A stretch of DNA of 64,000 bases. Origin: a virus. Each line of letters starts with the position of its first letter. The first letter of the stretch is position 1. The DNA lies in the IMG/VR virus record IMGVR_UViG_3300005573_000005. One strand, written 5' to 3'. The notes under the pieces are model-generated. The model saw only the letters and a program-made list of their open reading frames with translations. It was not told where the DNA came from and searched no databases. A program made the position numbers and the translations under genes. Shown one piece after another: positions 36,446-44,461 of this stretch.

Positions 36446-39004
36446 ATGAGTATTATAAACTACCCAAGACCAACATTATCGCTTACTGTTTGGAAGCTTG
36501 AAGGTGATACTTATGTTTTGTCTGATGAAGCACGAGAAGTTATTCTGTCTGCACTTCGTAGTTTTCCTTACGTGGATTTGTTAGATATTGCTAAAGAAAT
36601 ACACATAGTAGGTTCTATAACTACAAATACTTATGAAGACACTTGCGATGTGGATGTTCATATAATTCCTGATGAAGATAAACTTAAAAAATATCTTAAC
36701 TCTGCTAATTTATCGTTTGAAGATTTTAATGAGAGAGTAAAGAAATTTTATAAGAAAGAGATTTTTAAAATAGGTACTCATCCTGTTGAAATTTATATAC
36801 AAGCTAATCCTGCACAGGACTTATTATCTGATGGCGTATATTCTTTTACAAAAGATGTTTGGAAGAAAGGACCTTTGTTACGTGGTGAAACTTATAATCC
36901 GAGAAAAGTTTTTGCACACATTTACGAACTTTTGAAGAAGAAAATTAAGAATGTAGATGTTTTGTTAGGACAAGTTAAGCGTGATGCTATTGATTATTCG
37001 GCTATAAAAAAGGTTATAGATAAACTTTCTCCTGAAGCACGTAAAGTTCTTGAGAATGAATTGGAAGAAATTGTTGATAATTTGTTCAAGAATATTGACG
37101 AACTTTTAAAAGTTAAAAAAGAATGGGTAGAATTACGCAGAAAATCTTCTGCTCCTTCTTCCCCAGAGGAGGCGTTGAATTCTGTTAAACTGGTCAGAAA
37201 ATGGACAGATGCGAATGCTTTATTTAAGCTTCTTGATTTATACGAATACTTGTATATAATTTCTGAGTTAGAAAAAGCTGTTTCTGATGATGTTTTAACT
37301 CCTTATGAAATTGAAGATATAAGGAAGAAATTGTCATATAGGAAGGATGAATCTGTTAGGATGCTCTATGATATTAGTTTATTAGAATCAATTCTCGACG
37401 GTCATTATCTTTTAGAGGACCGTGAGACTCGTAGACAGGACTTAAAGAAGAAACGTGATTTAGGTTACTTAAAAGTAACTGATGCGGATATAGAAACTGC
37501 TCTGGATATAAGTGAGCCTTATGCTTACTGGATACTTATCCAGGTAACAAAAGGTACAATTAAGCTTCCTCAAGATAAAGACCTTATAGCAAAATTAATA
37601 AAAGATTTTGATTTTGTGAAAAAGTCTTCTCGTTTTACAGGTTCTAAAGATATCTATGCGTATAAAACTCTTCAAGACTTGAAAGCTCAAGTAGAAAAAT
37701 CTAAGACCTTTGAAATTTCTAAGGGAGAGCAGAAACGCAGAGCAACTAAAGAAGGTCAAAGGATAGTAGCTGAGGACCCTCCTTACACAGTAATAGAGAT
37801 AACAACTCCTGAGGCTTCTGCTAAACTTCTTAGAGATACAAAATGGTGTGTAAAAGACCCTGATTATTTCGCTAAATATATTAAATACGGACCTATTTAT
37901 TTAGTCTTAAAGAACGGTAAGAAATTTTTATGCTACAGTGACTATGATGGGTTTAGTGATGTGGAGAATCATCCTGTTAGGGAAGTTGATAAAAAATTGT
38001 TTGATATTTTTGTAAGATTAAAAACTAAAGTAGCTAGGTTTGCGTCTCCGGTTTCAGAGCTTTCTTTGGGCCAATATGTAAGTTTTTTAAGAGATAGCGG
38101 ATTAAAAGTTACTCTACGTAATGGTAAGATTGATGTAGAAGGAGATGTTTCTAAAAAGTTTGTTTATTGCAGAAACGGTAAAATAGTATATTCTTTTGGT
38201 AAAGTTAGTGGTAATTTTTTAGTTGAAGGACTACCACTTCGTACTCTTGAAGGAGCTCCTGAGTACGTAGGTGGTGACTTTGATTGTTCTGGATGTTATG
38301 AACTTACATATCTAAAAGGAGCTCCCAGACGTGTAGAAGGTGTTTTTCGTTGTATTGATTGTAAAGATCTTCTTTCCCTTGAAGGTGCTCCGGAGTATGT
38401 GGGAAAAGATTTTGATTGTCGTCATTGTTACAGTCTTACATCTCTAAAAGGAGCTCCAGAGCGTGTAGGTAGAGATTTTGATTGTTCTTATTGTCACGGT
38501 CTTACATCTCTAAAAGGAGCTCCTAGGCGTGTAGAAGGCAATTTTAATTGTTCAGAATGTGAAAATCTTAAATCTCTTGAAGGAGCACCAGAGTATGTAG
38601 GCGGAAATTTTTATTGTTGGGCTTGTAAAAATCTTACTTCTTTTGAAGGTGCTCCAGAGTATGTGGGCGGAAATTTATATTGTTTGGGTTGTGAAAATCT
38701 TAAATCTCTTCAAGGCGCTCCTGAGTATGTTGGTGGAGATTTTGATTGTTCTTATTGCCCTAGTCTTACATCTCTAAAAGGAGCTCCAGAGCGTGTAGAA
38801 GGTCATTTTGTTTGTTCTGGTTGTATAAACCTTACATCTCTTGAAGGAGCTTCTGAGTACGTAGGTGGCGACTTTTATTGTGCTTATTGTCCTAATTTAA
38901 CTTCTTTGAAAGGTTTAAAAGTAGTAAAGGGTAAAATTTATGCTAAAGGTACTCCTATAAAAGATTTAGCTGGTTTTCCAGAAGATAAAGTTGTTTTGAA
39001 GTAA
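36446..39004 (+). CDS. three-part protein: N-terminal minimal nucleotidyltransferase (Pol-beta fold), a central domain of unknown function, and a C-terminal Cys-LRR-like repeat array (paralog 2)
   Basis: NTase signature IHIVGSITTNTYEDTCDVDVHI plus a downstream HPVEIYIQ. The central domain is shared with 40141..41856. Then the pre-repeat module, about 12 x 22-aa units, and the cap LKVVKGKIYAKGTPIKDLAGFPEDKVVLK. Confidence 0.65.
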   Translation: MSIINYPRPTLSLTVWKLEGDTYVLSDEAREVILSALRSFPYVDLLDIAKEIHIVGSITTNTYEDTCDVDVHIIPDEDKLKKYLNSANLSFEDFNERVKKFYKKEIFKIGTHPVEIYIQANPAQDLLSDGVYSFTKDVWKKGPLLRGETYNPRKVFAHIYELLKKKIKNVDVLLGQVKRDAIDYSAIKKVIDKLSPEARKVLENELEEIVDNLFKNIDELLKVKKEWVELRRKSSAPSSPEEALNSVKLVRKWTDANALFKLLDLYEYLYIISELEKAVSDDVLTPYEIEDIRKKLSYRKDESVRMLYDISLLESILDGHYLLEDRETRRQDLKKKRDLGYLKVTDADIETALDISEPYAYWILIQVTKGTIKLPQDKDLIAKLIKDFDFVKKSSRFTGSKDIYAYKTLQDLKAQVEKSKTFEISKGEQKRRATKEGQRIVAEDPPYTVIEITTPEASAKLLRDTKWCVKDPDYFAKYIKYGPIYLVLKNGKKFLCYSDYDGFSDVENHPVREVDKKLFDIFVRLKTKVARFASPVSELSLGQYVSFLRDSGLKVTLRNGKIDVEGDVSKKFVYCRNGKIVYSFGKVSGNFLVEGLPLRTLEGAPEYVGGDFDCSGCYELTYLKGAPRRVEGVFRCIDCKDLLSLEGAPEYVGKDFDCRHCYSLTSLKGAPERVGRDFDCSYCHGLTSLKGAPRRVEGNFNCSECENLKSLEGAPEYVGGNFYCWACKNLTSFEGAPEYVGGNLYCLGCENLKSLQGAPEYVGGDFDCSYCPSLTSLKGAPERVEGHFVCSGCINLTSLEGASEYVGGDFYCAYCPNLTSLKGLKVVKGKIYAKGTPIKDLAGFPEDKVVLK
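37371..39004 (+). repeat. segmental duplication, copy A (partner 40141..41856)
   Basis: Long collinear DNA similarity. For example 37428-37600 versus 40198-40370 differs at only a few positions per 100 nt by eye. The copy starts at the internal Met codon of MLYDISLLE. Confidence 0.85.
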
Positions 39005-39051
39005 ATATTTAGTGTTTGAACGTAAAAGTTAAAAAACAAAAGGAGGTAATT

Positions 39052-39678
39052 ATGACAAAATTACAAGATTTAAGTAAAGTTCAATTAGTAGGTTTAACAA
39101 AAGAAGAGCAAGACGCAATTAGAAAATGGATAGAACTTAGAAGACAATATGATAAGATAGAAGAAATAGTTAAGACTCTTGCTGAAAAACTTCAGCCTAT
39201 TGAAAAAGAGGTTATGGATATTCTTTATAAAAAGAAAGATCAAATGGTTATTGTAGATAATTATATTGTGAAGTGGGCTGGTTATGAAAAGAAATCTACT
39301 GCTTACGGAAAAGTTTTTTCAGAAGCTCTTAAGAAAATTTGTGAACAAGATCAAAAAATTCTTATGGAACTCAAGGATTTGTTTACTACGATTTCAAGGG
39401 TGGATAAAGCTACTGTTGCTGAATTAGTTAAAGAAGCACCACAACAGTCTGGTAAAGTTACGGAAAGCGTGAAAGATAAAGTGATTAAGTTTTTGCAAAA
39501 GGTTCGTGAGAAACTTTCTAAGATTTTGACTTTATTACTTTCACAGGATACTAATATTAATCAATTTGTTAATTTAGTTACGCAAGCCGAATTTGCAGTT
39601 ATTGAATCTGTTGTTGAAGATTTATATGAAGGTAAACAAAAGCTTCAGCATGGAGGTTTTTATGCCTTATATTTGTAA
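39052..39678 (+). CDS. hypothetical coiled-coil protein
   Basis: ATG 39052 is preceded by aaaggagg. The listed ORF starts at TTG 39016. Confidence 0.45.
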   Translation: MTKLQDLSKVQLVGLTKEEQDAIRKWIELRRQYDKIEEIVKTLAEKLQPIEKEVMDILYKKKDQMVIVDNYIVKWAGYEKKSTAYGKVFSEALKKICEQDQKILMELKDLFTTISRVDKATVAELVKEAPQQSGKVTESVKDKVIKFLQKVREKLSKILTLLLSQDTNINQFVNLVTQAEFAVIESVVEDLYEGKQKLQHGGFYALYL

Positions 39679-40144
39679 AAGATATAAAGGTAAATGGGGC
39701 AGGTTCAGAAAAGACACAGGTGAATTAAAGTCTACTCATGATACTAAAGAAAAATGTCTTGCAGCTATTCGAGCTGTTTATTGGAGTATGGGTAAGAGAG
39801 GTGAAAAGCACGAAGGTGTTACTACTACAGCTTCTATAGCTACTTTACCTAAATCTTTTGGTTATTTAAGACCTTTCTATGTATGTAATACTTGTAGAGT
39901 AATTTTAGACCAACCTACTTGTCCTGTTTGTAAAGGGAAGGCGGTTAAGATTTCTTCGTTAGAGGATTTAGGTATTACTGTAAAAGAACTAACAGATTCT
40001 TTTTATGATGGTTTACTTACGGAAGATAAAAAGTCCTTGGCAGATCTTCTGAAGAAGATGAATTGGTTGATTGCAACTATTATAGGTGCAGGTGCTTTTG
40101 CTTTGAAAATAAAGCGTGATTTGTCTAAAGTGGACTTAAAATGA
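39662..40144 (+). CDS. hypothetical protein with a zinc ribbon and a C-terminal TM helix
   Basis: ATG 39662 follows ggagg. CNTCRVILDQPTCPVCKGK, and a hydrophobic WLIATIIGAGAFALKI. Confidence 0.4.
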   Translation: MPYICKRYKGKWGRFRKDTGELKSTHDTKEKCLAAIRAVYWSMGKRGEKHEGVTTTASIATLPKSFGYLRPFYVCNTCRVILDQPTCPVCKGKAVKISSLEDLGITVKELTDSFYDGLLTEDKKSLADLLKKMNWLIATIIGAGAFALKIKRDLSKVDLK

Positions 40145-41856
40145 CGATTTACGATACAAATTTGATTGAATTTGTTCTTGACGGCTATTATCTCTTAGAG
40201 GACCGTGAGACTCGCAGGCAGGACTTAAAGAAAAAACGTGATTTAGGTTACTTAAAAGTAACTGATGCGGATATAGAAACTGCTCTGGATATAAGCGAGC
40301 CTTACGCTCACTGGATACTTATTCAGGTAACAAAAGGTACAATTAAGTTTCCTCAGGATAAAGACTTTATAACTCAGTTATTAAAAGACTTTGATTTTGT
40401 GAAAAAGTCTTCTCGTTTTACGGGTTTTAAAGATATCTATGCGTATAAAACTCTTCAAGACCTTAAAGCTCAAGTAGAGAAATCTAAGACCCTTGAAATT
40501 TCTAAAGGTGAGCAGAAACGCAGAGCAACTAAAGAAGGTCAAAGGGTAGTAGCTAAAGACCCTTCTTACACGGTGATAGAGATAACAACTCCGGAGGCTT
40601 CTGCTGAACTCCTTAGAGGTACAGAATGGTGTGTAAAAGATCCTGATTATTTTGCTGATTATATTGAATATGGACCTGTTTATTTAGTTTTAAAGAACGA
40701 TAAGAAATTTTTATGCTACAGTGATTATGATGGGTTTAGCGATATGGAAGATCATCCTGTTAAGAGAGTAGATAAGAAATTGTTGGGTATCTTTATAAAA
40801 TTAGGAACTAAAGTACTCAGGTTTGTAAGTGCCTCAAGTTTAGATTTATCTTTAGAACAATATGTAAGTTTTTTAAAAGACAGAGGCGTGAAAGCTACTA
40901 TAAGGGACGGCAAGATTGATGTAGAAGGCGATATTTTTGCGGAGTATGTTTATTATAAAGGAAGCGAAATAGTTTATCCTTTTGGTAAAGTTAGTGGTAA
41001 TTTTTCAGTTGAAGGACTTCCACTTCGTACTTTAAAGAATTCTCCTGAGTACGTAGGAGACGACTTTAATTGTTCTGTATTTGATAAACTTATTACTCTT
41101 GAAGGAGCTCCAGAGCGTGTAGAAGGCACTTTTGATTGTTCGTATTGCGATGGTCTTACTTCCCTTGAAGGAGCACCAGAGTATGTGGGGCGGATGTTTA
41201 ATTGTTCTCAGTGTCACGGTCTGACATCTCTAAAAGGAGCTCCCAGGCGTGTAGAAGTGTTTTGGTGTTCTGGTTGTGAAAATCTTAAATCTCTTGAAGG
41301 AGCTCCGGAGCATGTTGGCAGAGATTTTGATTGTTCTTATTGCGATAGTCTTACATCACTAAAAGGAGCTCCCAGGCGTGTAGAAGTGTTTAAGTGTTAT
41401 TCCTGTAAAAATCTTATCTCCCTTGAAGGAGCTCCCGACTATGTAAGTGGAGATTTTAATTGTTCTTATTGCTATAATCTTACATCTTTGGCGGGTGCTC
41501 CGAAGTATGTAGGCAGAAATTTTAACTGTTTTCGTTGCGAGAATCTTACATCTCTAAAAGGAGTTCCTAAGCGTGTAGGTAGAGATTTTAAGTGTTTTTA
41601 TTGCCGTAGTCTTACATCTCTTGAAGGAGCTCCTGAGTATGTAGGTAAATTTTTTGATTGTTCTTATTGCGATAGTCTTACATCTCTAAAAGGAGCTCCA
41701 GAGTACGTAGGTGGCGATTTTTATTGTGCTTATTGTTCTAAGCTTACTTCCTTACAAGGTCTGAAAGAAGTGAAAGGTATAATTTATGCTGAAGGAACTC
41801 CTATAAAAGATTTAGCAGGTTTTCCAGAAGATAAAGTTTATTTTGGGACAAAATAA
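40141..41856 (+). CDS. Cys-LRR-like repeat protein, paralog 3: an N-terminally shortened duplicate of 36446..39004 that lacks the NTase domain
   Basis: MTIYDTNLIEFVLDGYYLLEDRETRRQDLKKKRDLGYLKVTDADIETALDISEPYAHW... aligns with residues about 309 onward of the 852-aa protein. About 12 repeat units and the cap LKEVKGIIYAEGTPIKDLAGFPEDKV. Confidence 0.7.
   Translation: MTIYDTNLIEFVLDGYYLLEDRETRRQDLKKKRDLGYLKVTDADIETALDISEPYAHWILIQVTKGTIKFPQDKDFITQLLKDFDFVKKSSRFTGFKDIYAYKTLQDLKAQVEKSKTLEISKGEQKRRATKEGQRVVAKDPSYTVIEITTPEASAELLRGTEWCVKDPDYFADYIEYGPVYLVLKNDKKFLCYSDYDGFSDMEDHPVKRVDKKLLGIFIKLGTKVLRFVSASSLDLSLEQYVSFLKDRGVKATIRDGKIDVEGDIFAEYVYYKGSEIVYPFGKVSGNFSVEGLPLRTLKNSPEYVGDDFNCSVFDKLITLEGAPERVEGTFDCSYCDGLTSLEGAPEYVGRMFNCSQCHGLTSLKGAPRRVEVFWCSGCENLKSLEGAPEHVGRDFDCSYCDSLTSLKGAPRRVEVFKCYSCKNLISLEGAPDYVSGDFNCSYCYNLTSLAGAPKYVGRNFNCFRCENLTSLKGVPKRVGRDFKCFYCRSLTSLEGAPEYVGKFFDCSYCDSLTSLKGAPEYVGGDFYCAYCSKLTSLQGLKEVKGIIYAEGTPIKDLAGFPEDKVYFGTK
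41425..41548 (+). repeat. 124-bp tract identical, bar 1 mismatch, to 32401..32524 in paralog 1
   Basis: See 32401..32524. Encodes LEGAPDYVSGDFNCSYCYNLTSLAGAPKYVGRNFNCFRCENL in both genes. Confidence 0.9.
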
Positions 41857-41913
41857 AAGATTTGCGTAGGGTTTAAGTTTTGCGAAAGATAAAATTTTGA
41901 ATCTGGTTTTATT

Positions 41914-41960
41914 CTTTTAAGTTTGTGGAGTAGAACTAACAATAACAAAAAAGTAGGAGG
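41914..41960 (+). promoter_or_regulatory. conserved leader/promoter-like element upstream of a tagged gene
   Basis: cTTTTAAGTTTGTGGAGTAGAACTAACAATAACAAAAAAGTAGGAGG. Related copies lie at 59731..59778 and 60331..60368. Confidence 0.4.
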
Positions 41961-41968
41961 TTAATAAA

Positions 41969-42991
41969 ATGTCTAAACGTTATATTATAGATAAGTTATT
42001 TGAAGCCGTAGATGCGGATAAAACGCCTGTAAGTTCTCGTGAGTTCCCCACAATAGAGTCTTATGTTGACTACTTGAACAGTAAGGGGATAAAAGCATCT
42101 TTACGTAATGGTAAGATTGATGTAGAAGGTGACATTTCTGCGAAGTATGTTTATTACAAAGGAGACGAAATAGTTTATCCTTTTGGCAAAGTTAATGGTA
42201 ATTTCTCAGTTGAAAAACTTCCGCTTCGTACTTTAAAGAACTCACCTGAGTGGGTAGGAGGTGGCTTTAATTGTTCTGCATGTGATAAACTTATTACTCT
42301 TGAAGGAGCTCCTGAGTATGTAAGTGGTAATTTTTATTGTCTTAATTGCGGTAGCCTTACATCTCTTGAAGGAGCTCCAGGGCGTGTAGGTGGAGACTTT
42401 AGTTGCTCTTATTGTGATAAGCTTACATCTCTTGAAGGAGCTCCTAGGCGTGTAGGTAGAGATTTTGATTGTTCTGCTTGTAAAAATCTTATTTCCTTAG
42501 AAAGTGCTCCATCGTATGTAGGTAGAGATTTTGATTGTTCTTATTGTCATGGTCTCACATCTCTAAAAGGATTTCTTGAGTATGTGGGTGGTAATTTTTA
42601 TTGTGACAAATGCGATAGCCTTACATCTCTTGAAGGGGTTCCAGAGTATGTAGGCGGAGATTTTGGTTGTTCTTATTGCGATAATCTTACATCTTTAAAA
42701 GGAGCTCCTAAGCGTGTAAATGGTGTTTTTGATTGTTCTCATTGTGGGGGGCTGACTTCCTTAGAAGGAGCTCCTAAGTATGTAGATAGATATTTTAATT
42801 GCTCTTCTTGTCATAACCTTACTTCTCTTGAAGGAGCTCCTGAGTATGTAGGAGGCGACTTTAATTGTTCTCGTTGTCCTAAGCTTACTTCCTTACAAGG
42901 TCTGAAAGAAGTGAATGGTAAAATTTATGCTTCAAAAACTCCTATAAAAGATTTAGCTGGTTTTCCAGAAGATAAAGTTATTTTGGAATAA
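41969..42991 (+). CDS. Cys-LRR-like repeat protein, paralog 4, with the N-terminal MSKRYIIDKLFE tag
   Basis: Strong RBS (aggagg). Tag, then the pre-repeat module (SREFPTIESYVDYLNSKGIKASLRNGKIDVEGD..), about 10 units, and the cap LKEVNGKIYASKTPIKDLAGFPEDKVILE. Confidence 0.7.
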   Translation: MSKRYIIDKLFEAVDADKTPVSSREFPTIESYVDYLNSKGIKASLRNGKIDVEGDISAKYVYYKGDEIVYPFGKVNGNFSVEKLPLRTLKNSPEWVGGGFNCSACDKLITLEGAPEYVSGNFYCLNCGSLTSLEGAPGRVGGDFSCSYCDKLTSLEGAPRRVGRDFDCSACKNLISLESAPSYVGRDFDCSYCHGLTSLKGFLEYVGGNFYCDKCDSLTSLEGVPEYVGGDFGCSYCDNLTSLKGAPKRVNGVFDCSHCGGLTSLEGAPKYVDRYFNCSSCHNLTSLEGAPEYVGGDFNCSRCPKLTSLQGLKEVNGKIYASKTPIKDLAGFPEDKVILE

Positions 42992-43037
42992 TTTTTTAAT
43001 GTTTGGGCGTAATTGCAATTGTTTTGACTTAATTGAA

Positions 43038-43061
43038 ACTTTTTTCCTCTTTTAGTCTTGG
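43038..43061 (+). promoter_or_regulatory. conserved intergenic motif ACTTTTTTCCTCTTTTAGTCTTGG
   Basis: Second copy of the motif at 27828..27850. Confidence 0.3.
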
Positions 43062-43093
43062 TAAAGAACTTCTTGAAAGAAAGGAGTAAAGTT

Positions 43094-43258
43094 GTGTTGC
43101 TTAATGAAACTAATACAATTAGTCAATTAAAAAACGTTCGTTTTGAGATTGAAAGCCAGGTTTTAGAAGTTCAGAAAGAACTTTCTAAGTTTAGAGAACC
43201 CGACTCAGGATTACGTTTTTGTATCAGAAAATTCATTGCCTTAGTTGATAAAGTATAA
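43094..43258 (+). CDS. small hypothetical protein
   Basis: GTG 43094 lies 7 nt after AAGGAG. The listed TTG 43058 start lies inside the conserved intergenic motif. Confidence 0.3.
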   Translation: MLLNETNTISQLKNVRFEIESQVLEVQKELSKFREPDSGLRFCIRKFIALVDKV

Positions 43259-43622
43259 CAGTTTTGTTCAGATTTTTAAGAGGACTATGTTCCGTTTTTT
43301 CTGGAAAACTAAACAGGTTAAAGAACATTTGAAAAATCATCCGCATTGTGCTGTTTGCGGATATTTACCTAAATTTGGTCATAATGAAGTTCATCATATA
43401 ATACCTGTTTCAGTTGACCCTTCTTTAAAGAATGATCCTGAAAATTTAGTGACACTTTGTCACCATTGTCATAAAAGGTTTGGGCATTTCTCTAATTGGA
43501 AATACTGGAATCCAGATTTACGAAAGATTACACGTAATTTTTCTATAGGTATGGAAATGCTTTCTGCAGAAATAGCTTTTAAGGTTAATTATGAAAAAAG
43601 AAAAAATACTAAAGATTCTTGA
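43245..43622 (+). CDS. HNH endonuclease
   Basis: HPHCAVCGY..NEVHHIIPVSVDPSLKNDPENLVTLCHHCHKRFGH (Cys4 plus the H-N-H core). ATG 43287 is an alternative start. Confidence 0.75.
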   Translation: MIKYNSFVQIFKRTMFRFFWKTKQVKEHLKNHPHCAVCGYLPKFGHNEVHHIIPVSVDPSLKNDPENLVTLCHHCHKRFGHFSNWKYWNPDLRKITRNFSIGMEMLSAEIAFKVNYEKRKNTKDS

Positions 43623-44076
43623 AGATATTGATAGTTTTTCTACGCTTTGTAATTGTCCTTATAGGAAGAGTGTTCTAAAGAGATTGTCTTTCTTTGCTTA
43701 CGACAATCTTAGTAACATTGTTTCTTTTAGAAACGTTTTATCTTTTTCTTCTGATTTTGCTATTAATGTTTTTCTTTTTCTTATTTCTGATTCCTTTACT
43801 GCTTTGATAAAGAAAGACTTTAATGCAGAAATTATTCCTTATTGTTCTGGTTTTTTACGCTTTGTTAATGTTTCAGGGGAGAAATTCGGTATTCTTAAGT
43901 TTGAAGAAAGGGATGCTGTTCTTAAGGATGTTGAATTTTCTTTTGTTTTTTCTGATACAGATTGGCGTCCTCCTTTCTTCAGTATGTTAGTTTCTACTTC
44001 TAGATTTAAAATACAAGACGGTTTTAAATATAATAAGTTTACTGTAGTTCTAAAGAGGTTTAAGCAAAATGAATAA
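43591..44076 (+). CDS. hypothetical protein
   Basis: 161-aa ORF overlapping both neighbours. No motif recognised. Confidence 0.4.
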   Translation: MKKEKILKILEDIDSFSTLCNCPYRKSVLKRLSFFAYDNLSNIVSFRNVLSFSSDFAINVFLFLISDSFTALIKKDFNAEIIPYCSGFLRFVNVSGEKFGILKFEERDAVLKDVEFSFVFSDTDWRPPFFSMLVSTSRFKIQDGFKYNKFTVVLKRFKQNE

Positions 44077-44269
44077 AAAAGTTAGGATTCTTAAAGCTCC
44101 TTGTCCTGCTTGTGGTGCTTTGATATCGATTAAAGAAGGGTTGACTGTTTATTCTTGCGAATCCTGCGGTACAGCTCTTAGATTAGTTCTTTTAGAAACA
44201 CCACAACAACTTTTGCTTGTTAGAGATTTTGACAGGGAGGGCGATAATTTTGAAAAATCTTGTAGTTAA
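44069..44269 (+). CDS. small zinc-ribbon protein
   Basis: CPACGALISIKEGLTVYSCESCGT. Confidence 0.4.
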   Translation: MNKKVRILKAPCPACGALISIKEGLTVYSCESCGTALRLVLLETPQQLLLVRDFDREGDNFEKSCS

Positions 44270-44330
44270 GCTTTTTTGCATTATAAAAGCTTTTCTGCGA
44301 GGTATGTATTTATGTAATTTCTTTGTAGCG

Positions 44331-44363
44331 GAAAACGTTTTATATGCTAATATACAAAAAGAA
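44331..44363 (+). promoter_or_regulatory. sigma70-like promoter-like motif (copy of the 25474..25504 element)
   Basis: GAAAACGTTTTATATGCTAATATACAAAAAGAA contains TGn-TAATAT (extended -10-like). Confidence 0.35.
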
Positions 44364-44461
44364 TTTAAGGGGTTTTATTAGTGAATTCTGAGTAGTTAGA
44401 TAGAGCATTTTTGACAGTATTTGGACTTTTAAAGAGAATTGCTTGGATATTAGATATAATT

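Noticed and set aside
32100-42900. A CRISPR-like appearance: a ~25-nt conserved word (gaaggagctcc.ga.ta.gt.gg) recurs with regular 66-bp periodicity in several arrays.
   Set aside because: The period is a multiple of three. The arrays are in frame inside long ORFs and encode 22-residue protein repeats. The supposed spacers are themselves conserved at the protein level (F-x-C-x-x-C-x-x-L-T-S). No cas genes or leader are present.
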